Origin: Candidatus Aenigmatarchaeota archaeon
Lineage (GTDB): Archaea > Aenigmatarchaeota > Aenigmatarchaeia > CG10238-14 > SpSt-28
DNA: 64,000 nucleotides
Direction: 5' to 3'
Assembly (NCBI GenBank): GCA_032249395.1
Contig: JAVVFY010000003.1
Coordinates: 32,001 to 96,000 of the forward strand
Under the pieces are notes generated by a model, which saw nothing but the letters and a program-made list of their open reading frames with translations, had not been told where the DNA came from and made no database searches. The position numbers and the translations under genes were made by a program. Of the stretch, positions 20,031-29,578 are shown piece by piece (position 1 is the first letter of the stretch; the number at the start of each line of letters is the position of its first letter).

Positions 20031-20627
20031 ATGAAAGGCAAGTTTATAGTTTTTGAAGGTATTGACGGCGCCGGCCTAACAACACAAGCAGAGTTGTTGG
20101 AAAAATATCTAAAAGAAAAAAAATATGAAGTTGTTCTAACAAAAGAACCAACAAACAGCTTAATTGGAGGTATAATAAGAGCTGCTTTGAAAAAAGAATG
20201 GTTAACATCAAACAGAACATTGCAACTATTATTCTCTGCTGATAGATCCCATCATATTGAAAAAGAAATAATTCCAGCTTTAGAAAGCGGAAAAATAGTT
20301 ATTTGTGATAGGTATTTCATTTCAACAATTGCTTATGGAATGATAGAGGTAGAAAAAGATTGGTTAAAATCTCTTAACTCAAAGTTTTTGTTGCCAGATA
20401 TTATTTTCATAATCGACGTTCCAGTAGAAGTTTCAATAGAAAGGATAAAAGCGAGCAGATTTGGATTCGAGCTTTTTGAAGAAAAGAAAAAACTTGAAAA
20501 GATAAGAAACAATTTTCTTGAGCTTTCAAAAGAATACAAAAATTGCTTTGTGATTAATGGAAACAGAAGTATAGAGGATGTTCATAAGGAAATTGTTAAA
20601 ATTGTAGAAGAAAAACTAAAGCTCTAA
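20031..20627 (+). CDS. tmk: Thymidylate kinase
   Basis: FIVFEGIDGAGLTTQ P-loop, TKEP, LLFSADR and ICDRY motifs. Confidence 0.93.
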   Translation: MKGKFIVFEGIDGAGLTTQAELLEKYLKEKKYEVVLTKEPTNSLIGGIIRAALKKEWLTSNRTLQLLFSADRSHHIEKEIIPALESGKIVICDRYFISTIAYGMIEVEKDWLKSLNSKFLLPDIIFIIDVPVEVSIERIKASRFGFELFEEKKKLEKIRNNFLELSKEYKNCFVINGNRSIEDVHKEIVKIVEEKLKL

Positions 20628-21683
20628 TTCGGCCAATCTTTTCAAAGCCTCTACTTTTTCTTTTCTTTCAATTTCTGCTTTCTCTAAAATTTCTTTTAAT
20701 GTTCTTATGCTTTCATCATAAGTCTTTCTATCAACAGGGTAAGGTATTCTGTCTTTCCCACCGTGTGCAAATGTGTATTTAACTGGATCTATCCAGCTTG
20801 CCTCCTTTCCATAAACTAGCTTTGCTATTAAAGCTAGGGCTCTAACAGTTTTTGGACCAACTCCTTCAAAGGCGACAAGTTCTTCATAATTTTTTGGATC
20901 AAATTCATGCAAATCCAAAAGTTTCTGATAAACCTTTATATCGAAAGTGTGTTCTACCGGCATTTTGAGAAACTTATATAGGCTATGAGGAGAAGAAAAA
21001 TATTTCTTGAATTTTCTAACATCCTCTTTAACAATATCAACGCTCGCTTTTCTCGCTTCTTCGCTTTCTTTAGCAACCATATTTAAAACTTTCTCTTCCT
21101 TAAAGCCAACTATTGCTGAATGAGGTTCCACAACAAAAGAATTTAATGAGAAAGAAAGCCAATGATATCTTCTTGCCAATTTATTTTCAACATTCATTCC
21201 TTGTTGAACTACTGCCCATTTCCCATCTTCTGTTACAAAAAATGAATGATGATAAATTTGATAACCAGCCTGAATTAAGGAATTATCAACCTTTGCTACC
21301 ATTCTGCTTGCATACTTTAATTCTTCAATTTTTCTCGTAGATAGTCTAAATTCCTCCCCAATTTTTTCTATTTCCTCTGGAGTCTTTTTAGAGGATGAAC
21401 CCTTACCTCCTAAAACTTTAACACCAACATTTTCTTTGTTTAATCCTTCTTTTAGTGCACCAGTCAGAGTTGTTGTTGTTCCTGAGCTATGAAAATCCAT
21501 ACCTACACAACAAGACAATGCCTGAAACCAAAAAGGATTAGATATTCTTTTTAAAAATTCATCAACGCCGTATTCTTCAATTATTATTTTAACTATCGAT
21601 GTCGAAAGCTTAGTCATTCTTTTGAACAACCAAGCTGGTACACTTCCATAGTGTAATGGTAGTTCGGCAATTCCCACTCTCAT
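20616..21683 (-). CDS. DUF763-family protein
   Basis: AELPLHYG, PFWFQAL..GMDFHSSGTTT, SRMVAKVDN, WAVVQQGMN, ARRYHW, HhH-like GVGPKTVRALAL, FAHGGKD. Confidence 0.85.
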   Translation of the reverse strand: MRVGIAELPLHYGSVPAWLFKRMTKLSTSIVKIIIEEYGVDEFLKRISNPFWFQALSCCVGMDFHSSGTTTTLTGALKEGLNKENVGVKVLGGKGSSSKKTPEEIEKIGEEFRLSTRKIEELKYASRMVAKVDNSLIQAGYQIYHHSFFVTEDGKWAVVQQGMNVENKLARRYHWLSFSLNSFVVEPHSAIVGFKEEKVLNMVAKESEEARKASVDIVKEDVRKFKKYFSSPHSLYKFLKMPVEHTFDIKVYQKLLDLHEFDPKNYEELVAFEGVGPKTVRALALIAKLVYGKEASWIDPVKYTFAHGGKDRIPYPVDRKTYDESIRTLKEILEKAEIERKEKVEALKRLAELEL

Positions 21684-21688
21684 AGGAA

Positions 21689-22576
21689 TTACTTTGTAAG
21701 ACGTTTTTTAAACTCTCTTTCAGCCTCTTTTATACATTTTATTACTTCTTTTTTAATTTCCTTCCTTAATTTTTCTTTCAACTTAACAATCCTTGACAAA
21801 TTTTTTCTTTTCTGGACTTTCAATATTAACTTAATCATCTTAATTTTCTCTTCATGTTTCGTGTATTTAAGCAACTTTCTGGCAATAGAAATCACTTCAT
21901 CTTGTCTCTCTAAATATACGATCCAGCGCTTGCATGGTTCCTTATGAAGTCTAAAAATTGGATGATATCCATCTTTTTTAAGTCTCTCGTATATGCCTCT
22001 TAATATGTGCCTGTCCTTTGTGATTATAGAGAGTCTTATATTGATACTATTCTCGCCTCTTTTCCTTATAAACCAACAGCCATCAGCATCTATATATCCA
22101 GCAAGGAATGCATAAAAAAATTCGCCTTGTGGAAGTTTTACTGGTTTTTCTAATATAAATTCAAACGAAGAATCTAAGTAAGCTTTAAGGTTCCAATCAA
22201 ACTTTGGAGTAATCTTTCTTTTTCTGGGTGTCTTACTGCAGTGACCATACTTACTGAAGAGTTTACAAAAAAGATGAACCATAGAAGGATGAGTAGTTGA
22301 CAAAGAACATATTATCTTATTGTGCGACTTCACTACATAAAGGTCCCCCGAGCGAAAACCGATTAAGTAATATTTCTCTATTTCATTTCCTGAGAAAGGA
22401 GATGTTGGATATTCACTATTTGCTTCTGACAAAGTTCTACGAGAGAGGCTGTATTCAATCATTCTCCGTCTTATAGTTTCTTTACCAACTCCAATTATTT
22501 TAGCTATTTGAGATAAACTTAGCTTTTCTTTATAATACATTCTCTTTATTTCTTTTATAGGAAATTCTTTTTCCAT
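21689..22576 (-). CDS. Free-standing LAGLIDADG endonuclease-like protein with N-terminal HTH
   Basis: Two LAGLIDADG-like helices, YLIGFRSGDL and FLAGYIDADG; N-terminal YYKEKLSLSQIAKIIGVGKETIRRRM HTH. Confidence 0.8.
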   Translation of the reverse strand: MEKEFPIKEIKRMYYKEKLSLSQIAKIIGVGKETIRRRMIEYSLSRRTLSEANSEYPTSPFSGNEIEKYYLIGFRSGDLYVVKSHNKIICSLSTTHPSMVHLFCKLFSKYGHCSKTPRKRKITPKFDWNLKAYLDSSFEFILEKPVKLPQGEFFYAFLAGYIDADGCWFIRKRGENSINIRLSIITKDRHILRGIYERLKKDGYHPIFRLHKEPCKRWIVYLERQDEVISIARKLLKYTKHEEKIKMIKLILKVQKRKNLSRIVKLKEKLRKEIKKEVIKCIKEAEREFKKRLTK

Positions 22577-22779
22577 TTTATTCTAGCTATTAATGCGGCT
22601 TCTTTTAAGTTTCTTCTTTTTATACCAAACTTTTTTAAATAATATCTCACTCCAGCAGGAGACATTCCTACTAATTTAGCAATCTCGGTAGTGCTTTTCT
22701 TTTTTCTCCAATAAAGGTTATATAGCTTTGCTTTTTCCAAGACTTTTTTGTTTCTACTATTTATTTTTTTATCACTCAT
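22555..22779 (-). CDS. Small HTH protein resembling the N-terminal HTH of the downstream LAGLIDADG ORF
   Basis: LYWRKKKSTTEIAKLVGMSPAGVRYYLKKFGIKRR; overlaps the next ORF by 22 nt. Confidence 0.65.
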   Translation of the reverse strand: MSDKKINSRNKKVLEKAKLYNLYWRKKKSTTEIAKLVGMSPAGVRYYLKKFGIKRRNLKEAALIARIKWKKNFL

Positions 22780-22994
22780 ATAGTGTATTATATTATGTAT
22801 ATAAATATTTTTCTTTTTATAAATATATAAATTTAAATATATAAATTATTATTGCAAATTTTAGAGGAATAGCAAAAATTTGCCTTTTAATAAACCTCTT
22901 CCAAAAACCACACTATTGTTATGTAAATATCCAGTAACGTCCTCATTTTTTACTGCAGCTTTCCATAAAAATCTTTAGGAAAATAATTAGATAT

Positions 22995-23067
22995 GCGCCA
23001 GTCGTCTAGCCTGGTAGGACACGAGCTTCCCAAGCTCGGAGCCCGGGTTCAAATCCCGGCTGGCGCA
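22995..23067 (+). tRNA. tRNA-Gly(CCC)
   Basis: Acceptor GCGCCAG/CTGGCGC, anticodon arm CGAGC-TTCCCAA-GCTCG, T loop TTCAAAT. Confidence 0.95.
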
Positions 23068-23161
23068 AGGATTTTAAAATGTAACTTAATTTTTAAAATT
23101 TAATGTCTTAGAATTTTGGTTGTATTTAATAAAAACATTAAAAACATCACTATTTAATTAA

Positions 23162-23446
23162 TTATAATTCTCTGTGTTTTTTTCTAACGCTTTTCCCTGG
23201 CTGAGCTATTCCCCTGAATCTAGCGCAGCTTGGGCAAACATAATATTTTCTTTTAAATGTATGCAAGTATCTCGGATCAATTTGTTTCCTCAAAGTTGGG
23301 TCGTTTATGAAAAAACCTTTAGTAACTATAAAAGCTTTGTATCTAGGCAATCTTCTTCCACAAAAAGAGCATTCAACTACAGTTTCGCTTCCTCTCGCAT
23401 GTGTATGTTCATATTTTCTCTTGTAAGGTGCTTCACTTATTGGCAT
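23162..23446 (-). CDS. rps26e: Ribosomal protein eS26 (S26e)-like
   Basis: RG...VECSFCGRRLPRYKAF...YVCPSCARFRGI matches the eS26 zinc-finger pattern (CxxCG..VPRDKA...YCVSCA..xGI); small and basic. Confidence 0.75.
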   Translation of the reverse strand: MPISEAPYKRKYEHTHARGSETVVECSFCGRRLPRYKAFIVTKGFFINDPTLRKQIDPRYLHTFKRKYYVCPSCARFRGIAQPGKSVRKKHREL

Positions 23447-23579
23447 AATTCTTAATGATTTTAATGTTTAAATCTTTGAAGTAGATAGCCTCTTTAAACT
23501 TTAAGTGATAGAACGTGATGTTAACTTCTACAAAACAACTTGTAGTAAGCAATTTTTAATTAATTTTTGAAGTGAAAAT

Positions 23580-24605
23580 ATGGGGGTTCAGATTGGAACG
23601 ATAATTCCTAGAAGAGAAATAGAATTAGAAAGCCTAGCTGGTAAAAAAATCGCTATTGATGCCTACAATGCTCTATTTCAATTTTTAAGTATAATAAGAG
23701 ATAAGATGACTGGAGAACCTTTGAAAGACAGCAAAGGTAGAATAACATCTCATTTATCAGGTCTGTTCTACCGAACTATAAATTTAATAGAAGCTGGAAT
23801 TAAGCCAATTTATGTTTTTGATGGAAAACCGCCTGAATTCAAAAAAGCCACTCTCGAGAAAAGAGAGGAAATGAAAAAAGAAGCTGAAGAAAAGATGAAA
23901 GAAGCTTTGGAAAAAGGAGAAGAGGCAATAAAATATGCCCAAGCAACAGCAAGAGTTACGGAGGAAATAGTTAACGATGCAAAAAAGCTTTTACAACTAA
24001 TGGGAGTTCCAATAGTTCAGGCTCCAAGTGAAGGCGAAATGCAAGCCGCATACATTGCAAAAAAAGGAGACGCTTATGCTTCTGCTTCTCAAGATTATGA
24101 TTCTTTGCTTGTTGGTTCCCCAAGATTAATAAGAAATCTGAACATTACTGGTAAAAGAAAATTGCCAAATAAAGAAGTTTATGTTGATATAAAGCCTGAG
24201 CTAATAGAATTAGAAGAGGTTTTGAAGACTTTAGAAATAAATAGGGAGCAACTAATAATAATAGGTATTTTGGTTGGGACTGACTATAATCCGGAAGGAA
24301 TAGAGGGTATTGGACCAAAAAAAGCTTTAAAGCTCGTTAAAGAAAAAAAGACTTTGGAAAATGTTTTGAAAGAAGTTGAGTGGAAGTTTGACGTCAAAGC
24401 AGAAGATATCTACAACTTTTTCCTGAATCCTCCCGTTACCGATAGTTATAAGCTTGAGTGGAAAACGCCAGACGAAGATGGAATAATAAAATTCATGGTC
24501 GAAGAACACGATTTTTCTGAGGAAAGGATAAGAAATGGAATAGAAAAGTTAAAGCAAGCATTTTCTAAATCTCAACAAAAAAGCTTGGGAAACTGGCTTA
24601 GATAA
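23580..24605 (+). CDS. fen: Flap endonuclease 1
   Basis: MGV start, [48 protein letters not shown] and C-terminal PIP box QKSLGNWL. Confidence 0.97.
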   Translation: MGVQIGTIIPRREIELESLAGKKIAIDAYNALFQFLSIIRDKMTGEPLKDSKGRITSHLSGLFYRTINLIEAGIKPIYVFDGKPPEFKKATLEKREEMKKEAEEKMKEALEKGEEAIKYAQATARVTEEIVNDAKKLLQLMGVPIVQAPSEGEMQAAYIAKKGDAYASASQDYDSLLVGSPRLIRNLNITGKRKLPNKEVYVDIKPELIELEEVLKTLEINREQLIIIGILVGTDYNPEGIEGIGPKKALKLVKEKKTLENVLKEVEWKFDVKAEDIYNFFLNPPVTDSYKLEWKTPDEDGIIKFMVEEHDFSEERIRNGIEKLKQAFSKSQQKSLGNWLR

Positions 24606-24718
24606 TCTTAGATAATCAAATTTTGTAGGAAATTTCCTTTAGTTTTTTAACTATTTTATGAGTCTGAGTGAAACTCTAGTAAATATTAGTGTTATTAAAC
24701 CTGTTGTCATTTTGTACA

Positions 24719-25702
24719 TCAAGATTTTATCCTTTCAACTACTTTATAATTTCCGTTTTCAAGCTTATAATGAAGTATATAATCATTAGAAATCTTCCCA
24801 AATAAAGGAGTGTAAATCCACTTTTTAATATTTCTTAAAGTTGGATTTTTTAAATAATACTCGATTGCTCTTGTATGTTGAGCACCGTAAATAACTAATA
24901 AGTAGTTTTTAGACTTTTGTAGCTCGGATAATCTTTCTAACCTTTCAGAAGCTATCACATTTCTATAATCAAACACCCCATAGCCAACAATATCCTCTAT
25001 TCCATAATTAAAAAGTGATTTGCTATCGATCAAATTAGCAGAATATCTACCATTATAGCTACCAAAAAATAAAGGAAAGAAAAGTTGCGAAAGGAGAAAA
25101 ACGATAAACCTTCTTCTTTTCAACTTTTTTCTAAAAAAGTAAAAATAAAGTGCTAGCGAAACAGGATAAGATAAATACATAAAACTGTCTACAGCAAAAA
25201 ATACATCATCGTTATCAAATGTATTAGGATCGACAACATATATTTCTTTGCTTAGCTCTGCGCATAATTTTACTACATTGCTATAAAAATATGAAGATTG
25301 ATAGTAAATGTCACTCTCTAACACTTTATCTATATAATATTCTAAAACGACAGCATCCGCTTCTTTTATTACTTTATAAAGAAACTCTTTATAGTATCTA
25401 AAATATTTTTCATTATGAGCAACACCAACAATTTTATATTTTACTCCATTTACTTCCAAGTCTAAAATTTCAAAAAGAGATGGCAAATCTGACCAATCTC
25501 CCCTTCTTTCAACCCACTTCTCAAACTCTCTTTCGAATCTTTCCCTATTAGGATTTTCTGTAAGCTCTTTTCCAACTTCTGAAGCTAAAATTGGAACAAA
25601 GGGAATGGACAAAGAGATTAATTCGAAAGCAGATTTCGAATTCTCGCTGATAAATTTAATAAATTCTTTTATAAACAGTCTTCCACTTAACTTTTCACGC
25701 AT
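24719..25702 (-). CDS. TraB/PrgY/GumN-like membrane protein
   Basis: IVGVAH, DAVVLE, DYRN and VIYGAQH resemble TraB-family motifs; two central hydrophobic segments. Confidence 0.5.
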   Translation of the reverse strand: MREKLSGRLFIKEFIKFISENSKSAFELISLSIPFVPILASEVGKELTENPNRERFEREFEKWVERRGDWSDLPSLFEILDLEVNGVKYKIVGVAHNEKYFRYYKEFLYKVIKEADAVVLEYYIDKVLESDIYYQSSYFYSNVVKLCAELSKEIYVVDPNTFDNDDVFFAVDSFMYLSYPVSLALYFYFFRKKLKRRRFIVFLLSQLFFPLFFGSYNGRYSANLIDSKSLFNYGIEDIVGYGVFDYRNVIASERLERLSELQKSKNYLLVIYGAQHTRAIEYYLKNPTLRNIKKWIYTPLFGKISNDYILHYKLENGNYKVVERIKS

Positions 25703-25876
25703 TATAATTTAGATTAAAAACAAAAATAAAAAAATTAATACCCTTAAGCTCTTTTTCTTGACAGTATTTGTAAATTAGTACATAAACGTATCATTCATGA
25801 CGTTACCATATTGTTTACAGAATCGAACAGTTTTCATAAATCCTACTTTGATTTATAACTAAATCAAGTTGAATTT

Positions 25877-25950
25877 TGGGCCTGGCGGGATTCGAACCCG
25901 CGACCAACCGGTTAAGAGCCGGCTGCTCTACCTGGCTGAGCTACAGGCCC
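25877..25950 (-). tRNA. tRNA-Lys(CUU)
   Basis: Reverse complement GGGCCTGTAGCTCAGCCAGGTAGAGCAGCCGG-CTCTTAA-CCGGTTGGTCGCGGGTTCGAATCCCGCCAGGCCCA. Confidence 0.95.
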
Positions 25951-25986
25951 GAGATAATTTTTTTCTACTAAACATTAAAATTTTAT

Positions 25987-26355
25987 ATGAAAAAAGAAAT
26001 AGAAGCTTTTTTAGAATTAAAAAATTTGGTAGAAAAAATGAATTCTGAAATTTCTTGCGTTATTGTTGAAGGTAGAAAAGATAAAGAAGCTTTAGAGAGA
26101 ATTGGTTATAAAGGTAGGATAATATATGCTAATAAATTCGAGATGGCTAATGGAATGGTTGTTATATTGACTGATTTCGACAAAGAGGGAAAAGAAATAG
26201 CAAAAAGAATAACAATAAGTATTGGAGAAAAGAATATTGATAAGTTTTTCAGAAATGAATTCAAAAAAATTTTGAAATCTATTGGCAGAGACGATATTCA
26301 ATCGATAATCAATCTTTGCAAAAAGTATGAAAAAATGTCCGATCAAAACTTATAA
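25987..26355 (+). CDS. Small Toprim-domain protein
   Basis: VIVEGRKD and ILTDFDKEG Toprim motifs. Confidence 0.85.
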   Translation: MKKEIEAFLELKNLVEKMNSEISCVIVEGRKDKEALERIGYKGRIIYANKFEMANGMVVILTDFDKEGKEIAKRITISIGEKNIDKFFRNEFKKILKSIGRDDIQSIINLCKKYEKMSDQNL

Positions 26356-26969
26356 GCAACTAAACCTTTTGTCTCTTCAACTTTTACAATTTTACTAAAA
26401 CCAGCTAATAAAAGCCTTCTTGCTATTCCCTTAATAAAATTCTTACCAGAAAGTTTCCCTGGTTCCCCAGTATAATGGAATATCTTTCCACCTTTCTTCA
26501 AAACTCTGAAAAGTTGATTGTAAAACTCTTGAGAATAAAGTTCCGGTGCTAAGGAAAATCTCGGAGGATCATGAATTATAAAATTAAAACTTTCACTCTC
26601 AAAGCTTCTAACAACTTCAAATGCATCACCAATTATCAATTCTATTTTTGGATTTTCAAAAAGCTCTCTAGAAAATTCATTTTGCTTAGCAATTTTTATC
26701 ACATTCTCATCTTTTTCAATAGTCACAACTTTCTCGACGCTTTTCTTCCTAGCCGCTAAAATTGCTGTATAACCTAAACCAGTGCAAATATCTAAAATCT
26801 TGCCATAAATTTTACCTAAAGATTTTATTTTTAGTTCAGTATCGGTTTTTGGATCCACATCTTTAATTCTATGCATGTGAATTCCAGAAATTTCTAATGT
26901 TGGCCAAGTTGACGTTGGGATTAGTTTGTAAAATTTATTCGTTTTCTTATCAAAGAGCTTAACTCCCAT
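26343..26969 (-). CDS. SAM-dependent methyltransferase (archaeal COG2521-like)
   Basis: PTLEISGIHMH, ILDICTGLGYTA, IIHDPPRF. Confidence 0.85.
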   Translation of the reverse strand: MGVKLFDKKTNKFYKLIPTSTWPTLEISGIHMHRIKDVDPKTDTELKIKSLGKIYGKILDICTGLGYTAILAARKKSVEKVVTIEKDENVIKIAKQNEFSRELFENPKIELIIGDAFEVVRSFESESFNFIIHDPPRFSLAPELYSQEFYNQLFRVLKKGGKIFHYTGEPGKLSGKNFIKGIARRLLLAGFSKIVKVEETKGLVAYKF

Positions 26970-27099
26970 AAAAAACTTTGTTAAAAGAAAAAATAAGAAA
27001 AGTGAAATTATTGAATGGAACTATATTTTCTAAAAGCACGTAAAAATAAAAATATTTATAAAAATGGTTAAAATCAACCATAAAATGGAGGAAAAAGAC

Positions 27100-27237
27100 A
27101 GCACGCGAAGAGGGTTGATTTTGATTTTTGTGTTATAGTAAAAGAGAGGAATTAGGAGAAAGAATTTTGAAGAATTGAAAAAGAAAAAAGATAAACTTGT
27201 TAAAGATATTCTGATAGATGGAATAGAAATAATTTAA
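27100..27237 (+). pseudogene. Possible degraded minimal nucleotidyltransferase (MNT-type) remnant
   Basis: Fragments in different frames: STRRG, DFDFCVIVKE (DxD) and FEELKKKKDKLVKDILIDGIEII*; interrupted by stops and frameshifts. Confidence 0.3.
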
Positions 27238-27239
27238 GT

Positions 27240-27881
27240 TCAAAACTTCTCTTCTTCAATTTTTCTAAAGCTATACTTATATGCCAAAAAGAAAACCATT
27301 ATCATAGCAACTAATACCAAACCAAACTTAACATCTATTGGGCTAACTGTTGTTGTTATGGGTAATGGCACAATTTTAGAACTACCAACATTAAGGACTG
27401 ATGGTGCATAAAAGTTTATAACTCCACTACCAACTAAAGTAAAGGGATACACTCCACTTGTCACATTACAAGGAATTGAGGCAACTATTGCTATTGTTTT
27501 TGTTTCGTTAACATCTATGCTTATTTTTTCTGGATATCTTATCCATTTTGCTGCTTCTCCTATGACGCTCAAGCTAATATCTCCTTTTGTCCCTCCTATG
27601 TTACTTACAGAAGCAAATATAATATTGTCATTGCATGCTTTAACATCATAAATTTCTTTAATGTTAATAACTGGTACTTCTTTTTTAGTCAAACAAACTC
27701 CATACTTGCAACCATAAGGACAATAATCTAAAATTCTATAACCAACGCTTCCGTCTGATTCTCTCACTTTTACAATCACATAATTTCCTTCGCAAGTTTT
27801 TTCGATAATTTGAAAGCTATTCGCTAAAGCTACTTCAAACATTAGCAACGCTATCGCAATTAACAAAATTTTTTTGTTCAT
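27240..27881 (-). CDS. Secreted, C-terminally anchored protein with Cys-rich motif and Ig-like domain
   Basis: Signal peptide, CPYGCKYGVC, beta-rich middle, C-terminal TM helix with charged tail. Confidence 0.7.
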   Translation of the reverse strand: MNKKILLIAIALLMFEVALANSFQIIEKTCEGNYVIVKVRESDGSVGYRILDYCPYGCKYGVCLTKKEVPVINIKEIYDVKACNDNIIFASVSNIGGTKGDISLSVIGEAAKWIRYPEKISIDVNETKTIAIVASIPCNVTSGVYPFTLVGSGVINFYAPSVLNVGSSKIVPLPITTTVSPIDVKFGLVLVAMIMVFFLAYKYSFRKIEEEKF

Positions 27882-27928
27882 GATTAATTATTGAAGCGAA
27901 AAGCTTAAATATCTTTACTAACTAGTGA

Positions 27929-29131
27929 CTAAGGAGTAAACCATTCTATTTCATAATATTTGTGTTCTGAACCAGGCAATTCTATTCTATTAGCCAAATA
28001 ATATGTTACGCTTGTTTCCCTATCGTTTATAGCAATTAGCAATCTTAGTCCAAGCTCGTCAGCTCTATCCAAAGCGCTAGCAAGCATCTTCCCGCTTAAA
28101 CTTTCATCTTCATTAAGAGAAATTATTAGAAAAGAAGGATCGTCTTTTTTTGGTTTCTCAACTTGATTCCCAGCTTTTCTGTGCCACGCAACAAAATCTA
28201 TCGGAGTTCTCTCTTTTAAATAGTCTTCCTTCTTCATTCCTGGAATTGCCATTATAAAAGTTTTTCTCACGCTATGAGCTACTCTAATTGCTCTTGACCA
28301 TTCGCTCATTGGCATGCTAATTTCTTTTGGAAACACGTGAATGACATGCTTAGAATGTTGCCATTCTTTTTTTGTTCCAACCGGCTTTGCTCCGGGAAAA
28401 TAAATTCTAAAATGAGTTCCAAATTTAAAACCAGTTTTCAAAATAAAACCTTTATCTCTCCAATCCTCGTAAACTTCTAGCATTCTAGATGCAAAAGGTA
28501 TCCTTTGTTCAACTTCTTTTAGTACCTCTTCGAAGCTCATTTTTTTGTTAGAAGATACATCTATCACTTCTACTCCCTTTTTTGAAAGATATAAAGTTTC
28601 AATAGCATCCAAAGTTAAACAATTCCCTCTTTCAATATTCTTATAAACACCCCATTGACCAAACCAGTAATCCTCAAAAAATTTTCTTGCTTCTCTTCCA
28701 AAAGCTAAAGAATAACATTCTTCTCTCATGAAAAATATCTGAAAATTTATTTGAAGGGAAATTTTATTTGAAGGATATTTTTTGATTGGACTCTTCCCAA
28801 AGTTTTTCATTGTAATCCTTTCAGGAAATGTTATAAAAAGTCCTCTATCTTTCCAATCTCTAAACACATTATACCTAACAAAGAAATGGTTAGAATAAAA
28901 TCTTTGAAAAATAGTTGAAAGAGAAACTTCCTTATTACCTTCAAAAACGCTAGCCTTTCTTATGTTAGCAAGGTAAAAAACTTCTATGGGATGTAAGTAG
29001 ATTTTATTTCCTTTCACCTCTCCAATAAAACTTTCCTCTAGTTCTTTGTTTTGAGAAAATGCTTTACCATCTTCAAAATAAATCCTTATCTCCTCTCTCT
29101 CAAACTTCATTTTATATCCCTTAATACGCAA
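27929..29131 (-). CDS. endA: tRNA-splicing endonuclease, three-unit (epsilon2/ARMAN-2-like) type
   Basis: ~400 aa; LHPIEVFYL, VYEDWRDKGFILKTGFKFGTHFRIYFPG, HSKHVIHV, RAIRVAHSVRKTF, C-terminal YYEIEWFTP, and ARMAN-specific-loop-like WFGQWGVYK. True start may be the second Met (29110). Confidence 0.9.
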   Translation of the reverse strand: MRIKGYKMKFEREEIRIYFEDGKAFSQNKELEESFIGEVKGNKIYLHPIEVFYLANIRKASVFEGNKEVSLSTIFQRFYSNHFFVRYNVFRDWKDRGLFITFPERITMKNFGKSPIKKYPSNKISLQINFQIFFMREECYSLAFGREARKFFEDYWFGQWGVYKNIERGNCLTLDAIETLYLSKKGVEVIDVSSNKKMSFEEVLKEVEQRIPFASRMLEVYEDWRDKGFILKTGFKFGTHFRIYFPGAKPVGTKKEWQHSKHVIHVFPKEISMPMSEWSRAIRVAHSVRKTFIMAIPGMKKEDYLKERTPIDFVAWHRKAGNQVEKPKKDDPSFLIISLNEDESLSGKMLASALDRADELGLRLLIAINDRETSVTYYLANRIELPGSEHKYYEIEWFTP

Positions 29132-29529
29132 TCTATTGGCATATCTATCATAATTTTACACAAAAGATCTATTGTTTGATTTAAAGTGGGGTTTTTTATT
29201 TCTCTAGAACCTTTTAAGCTCTCTATTTTTAAATAGTCTTCATTAGATTGATTTTCTACTAGATATACTTTATAGTTTATTGTTAAGTTATCTAGATAAG
29301 ACCTTATTTCACTATTTGGAGAAGTGTAGTTTAAATAAATTATAGTATAGCCTTGAGATATTGCCAAAATTCTTTGGTTTTCACTGAGAAAAGAAATTTT
29401 CCTTTCCTTAGGTAGTTCTTGATCTTTATTAGTTGGGGTATAATATCCTTGTATAAATGCATATGCAAAGCTAGATAGAACCATCACAAATATAAGTAAA
29501 TATCCTATTGTTTTCTTATCAACTTTCAT
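29107..29529 (-). CDS. Hypothetical N-terminally membrane-anchored protein
   Basis: N-terminal hydrophobic helix; C-terminal LC...PIDC. Confidence 0.7.
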   Translation of the reverse strand: MKVDKKTIGYLLIFVMVLSSFAYAFIQGYYTPTNKDQELPKERKISFLSENQRILAISQGYTIIYLNYTSPNSEIRSYLDNLTINYKVYLVENQSNEDYLKIESLKGSREIKNPTLNQTIDLLCKIMIDMPIDCVLRDIK

Positions 29530-29578
29530 AAAAGACTCTTTTTCAACAAAATTAAAAATTATAACTTCATCAATTTAT

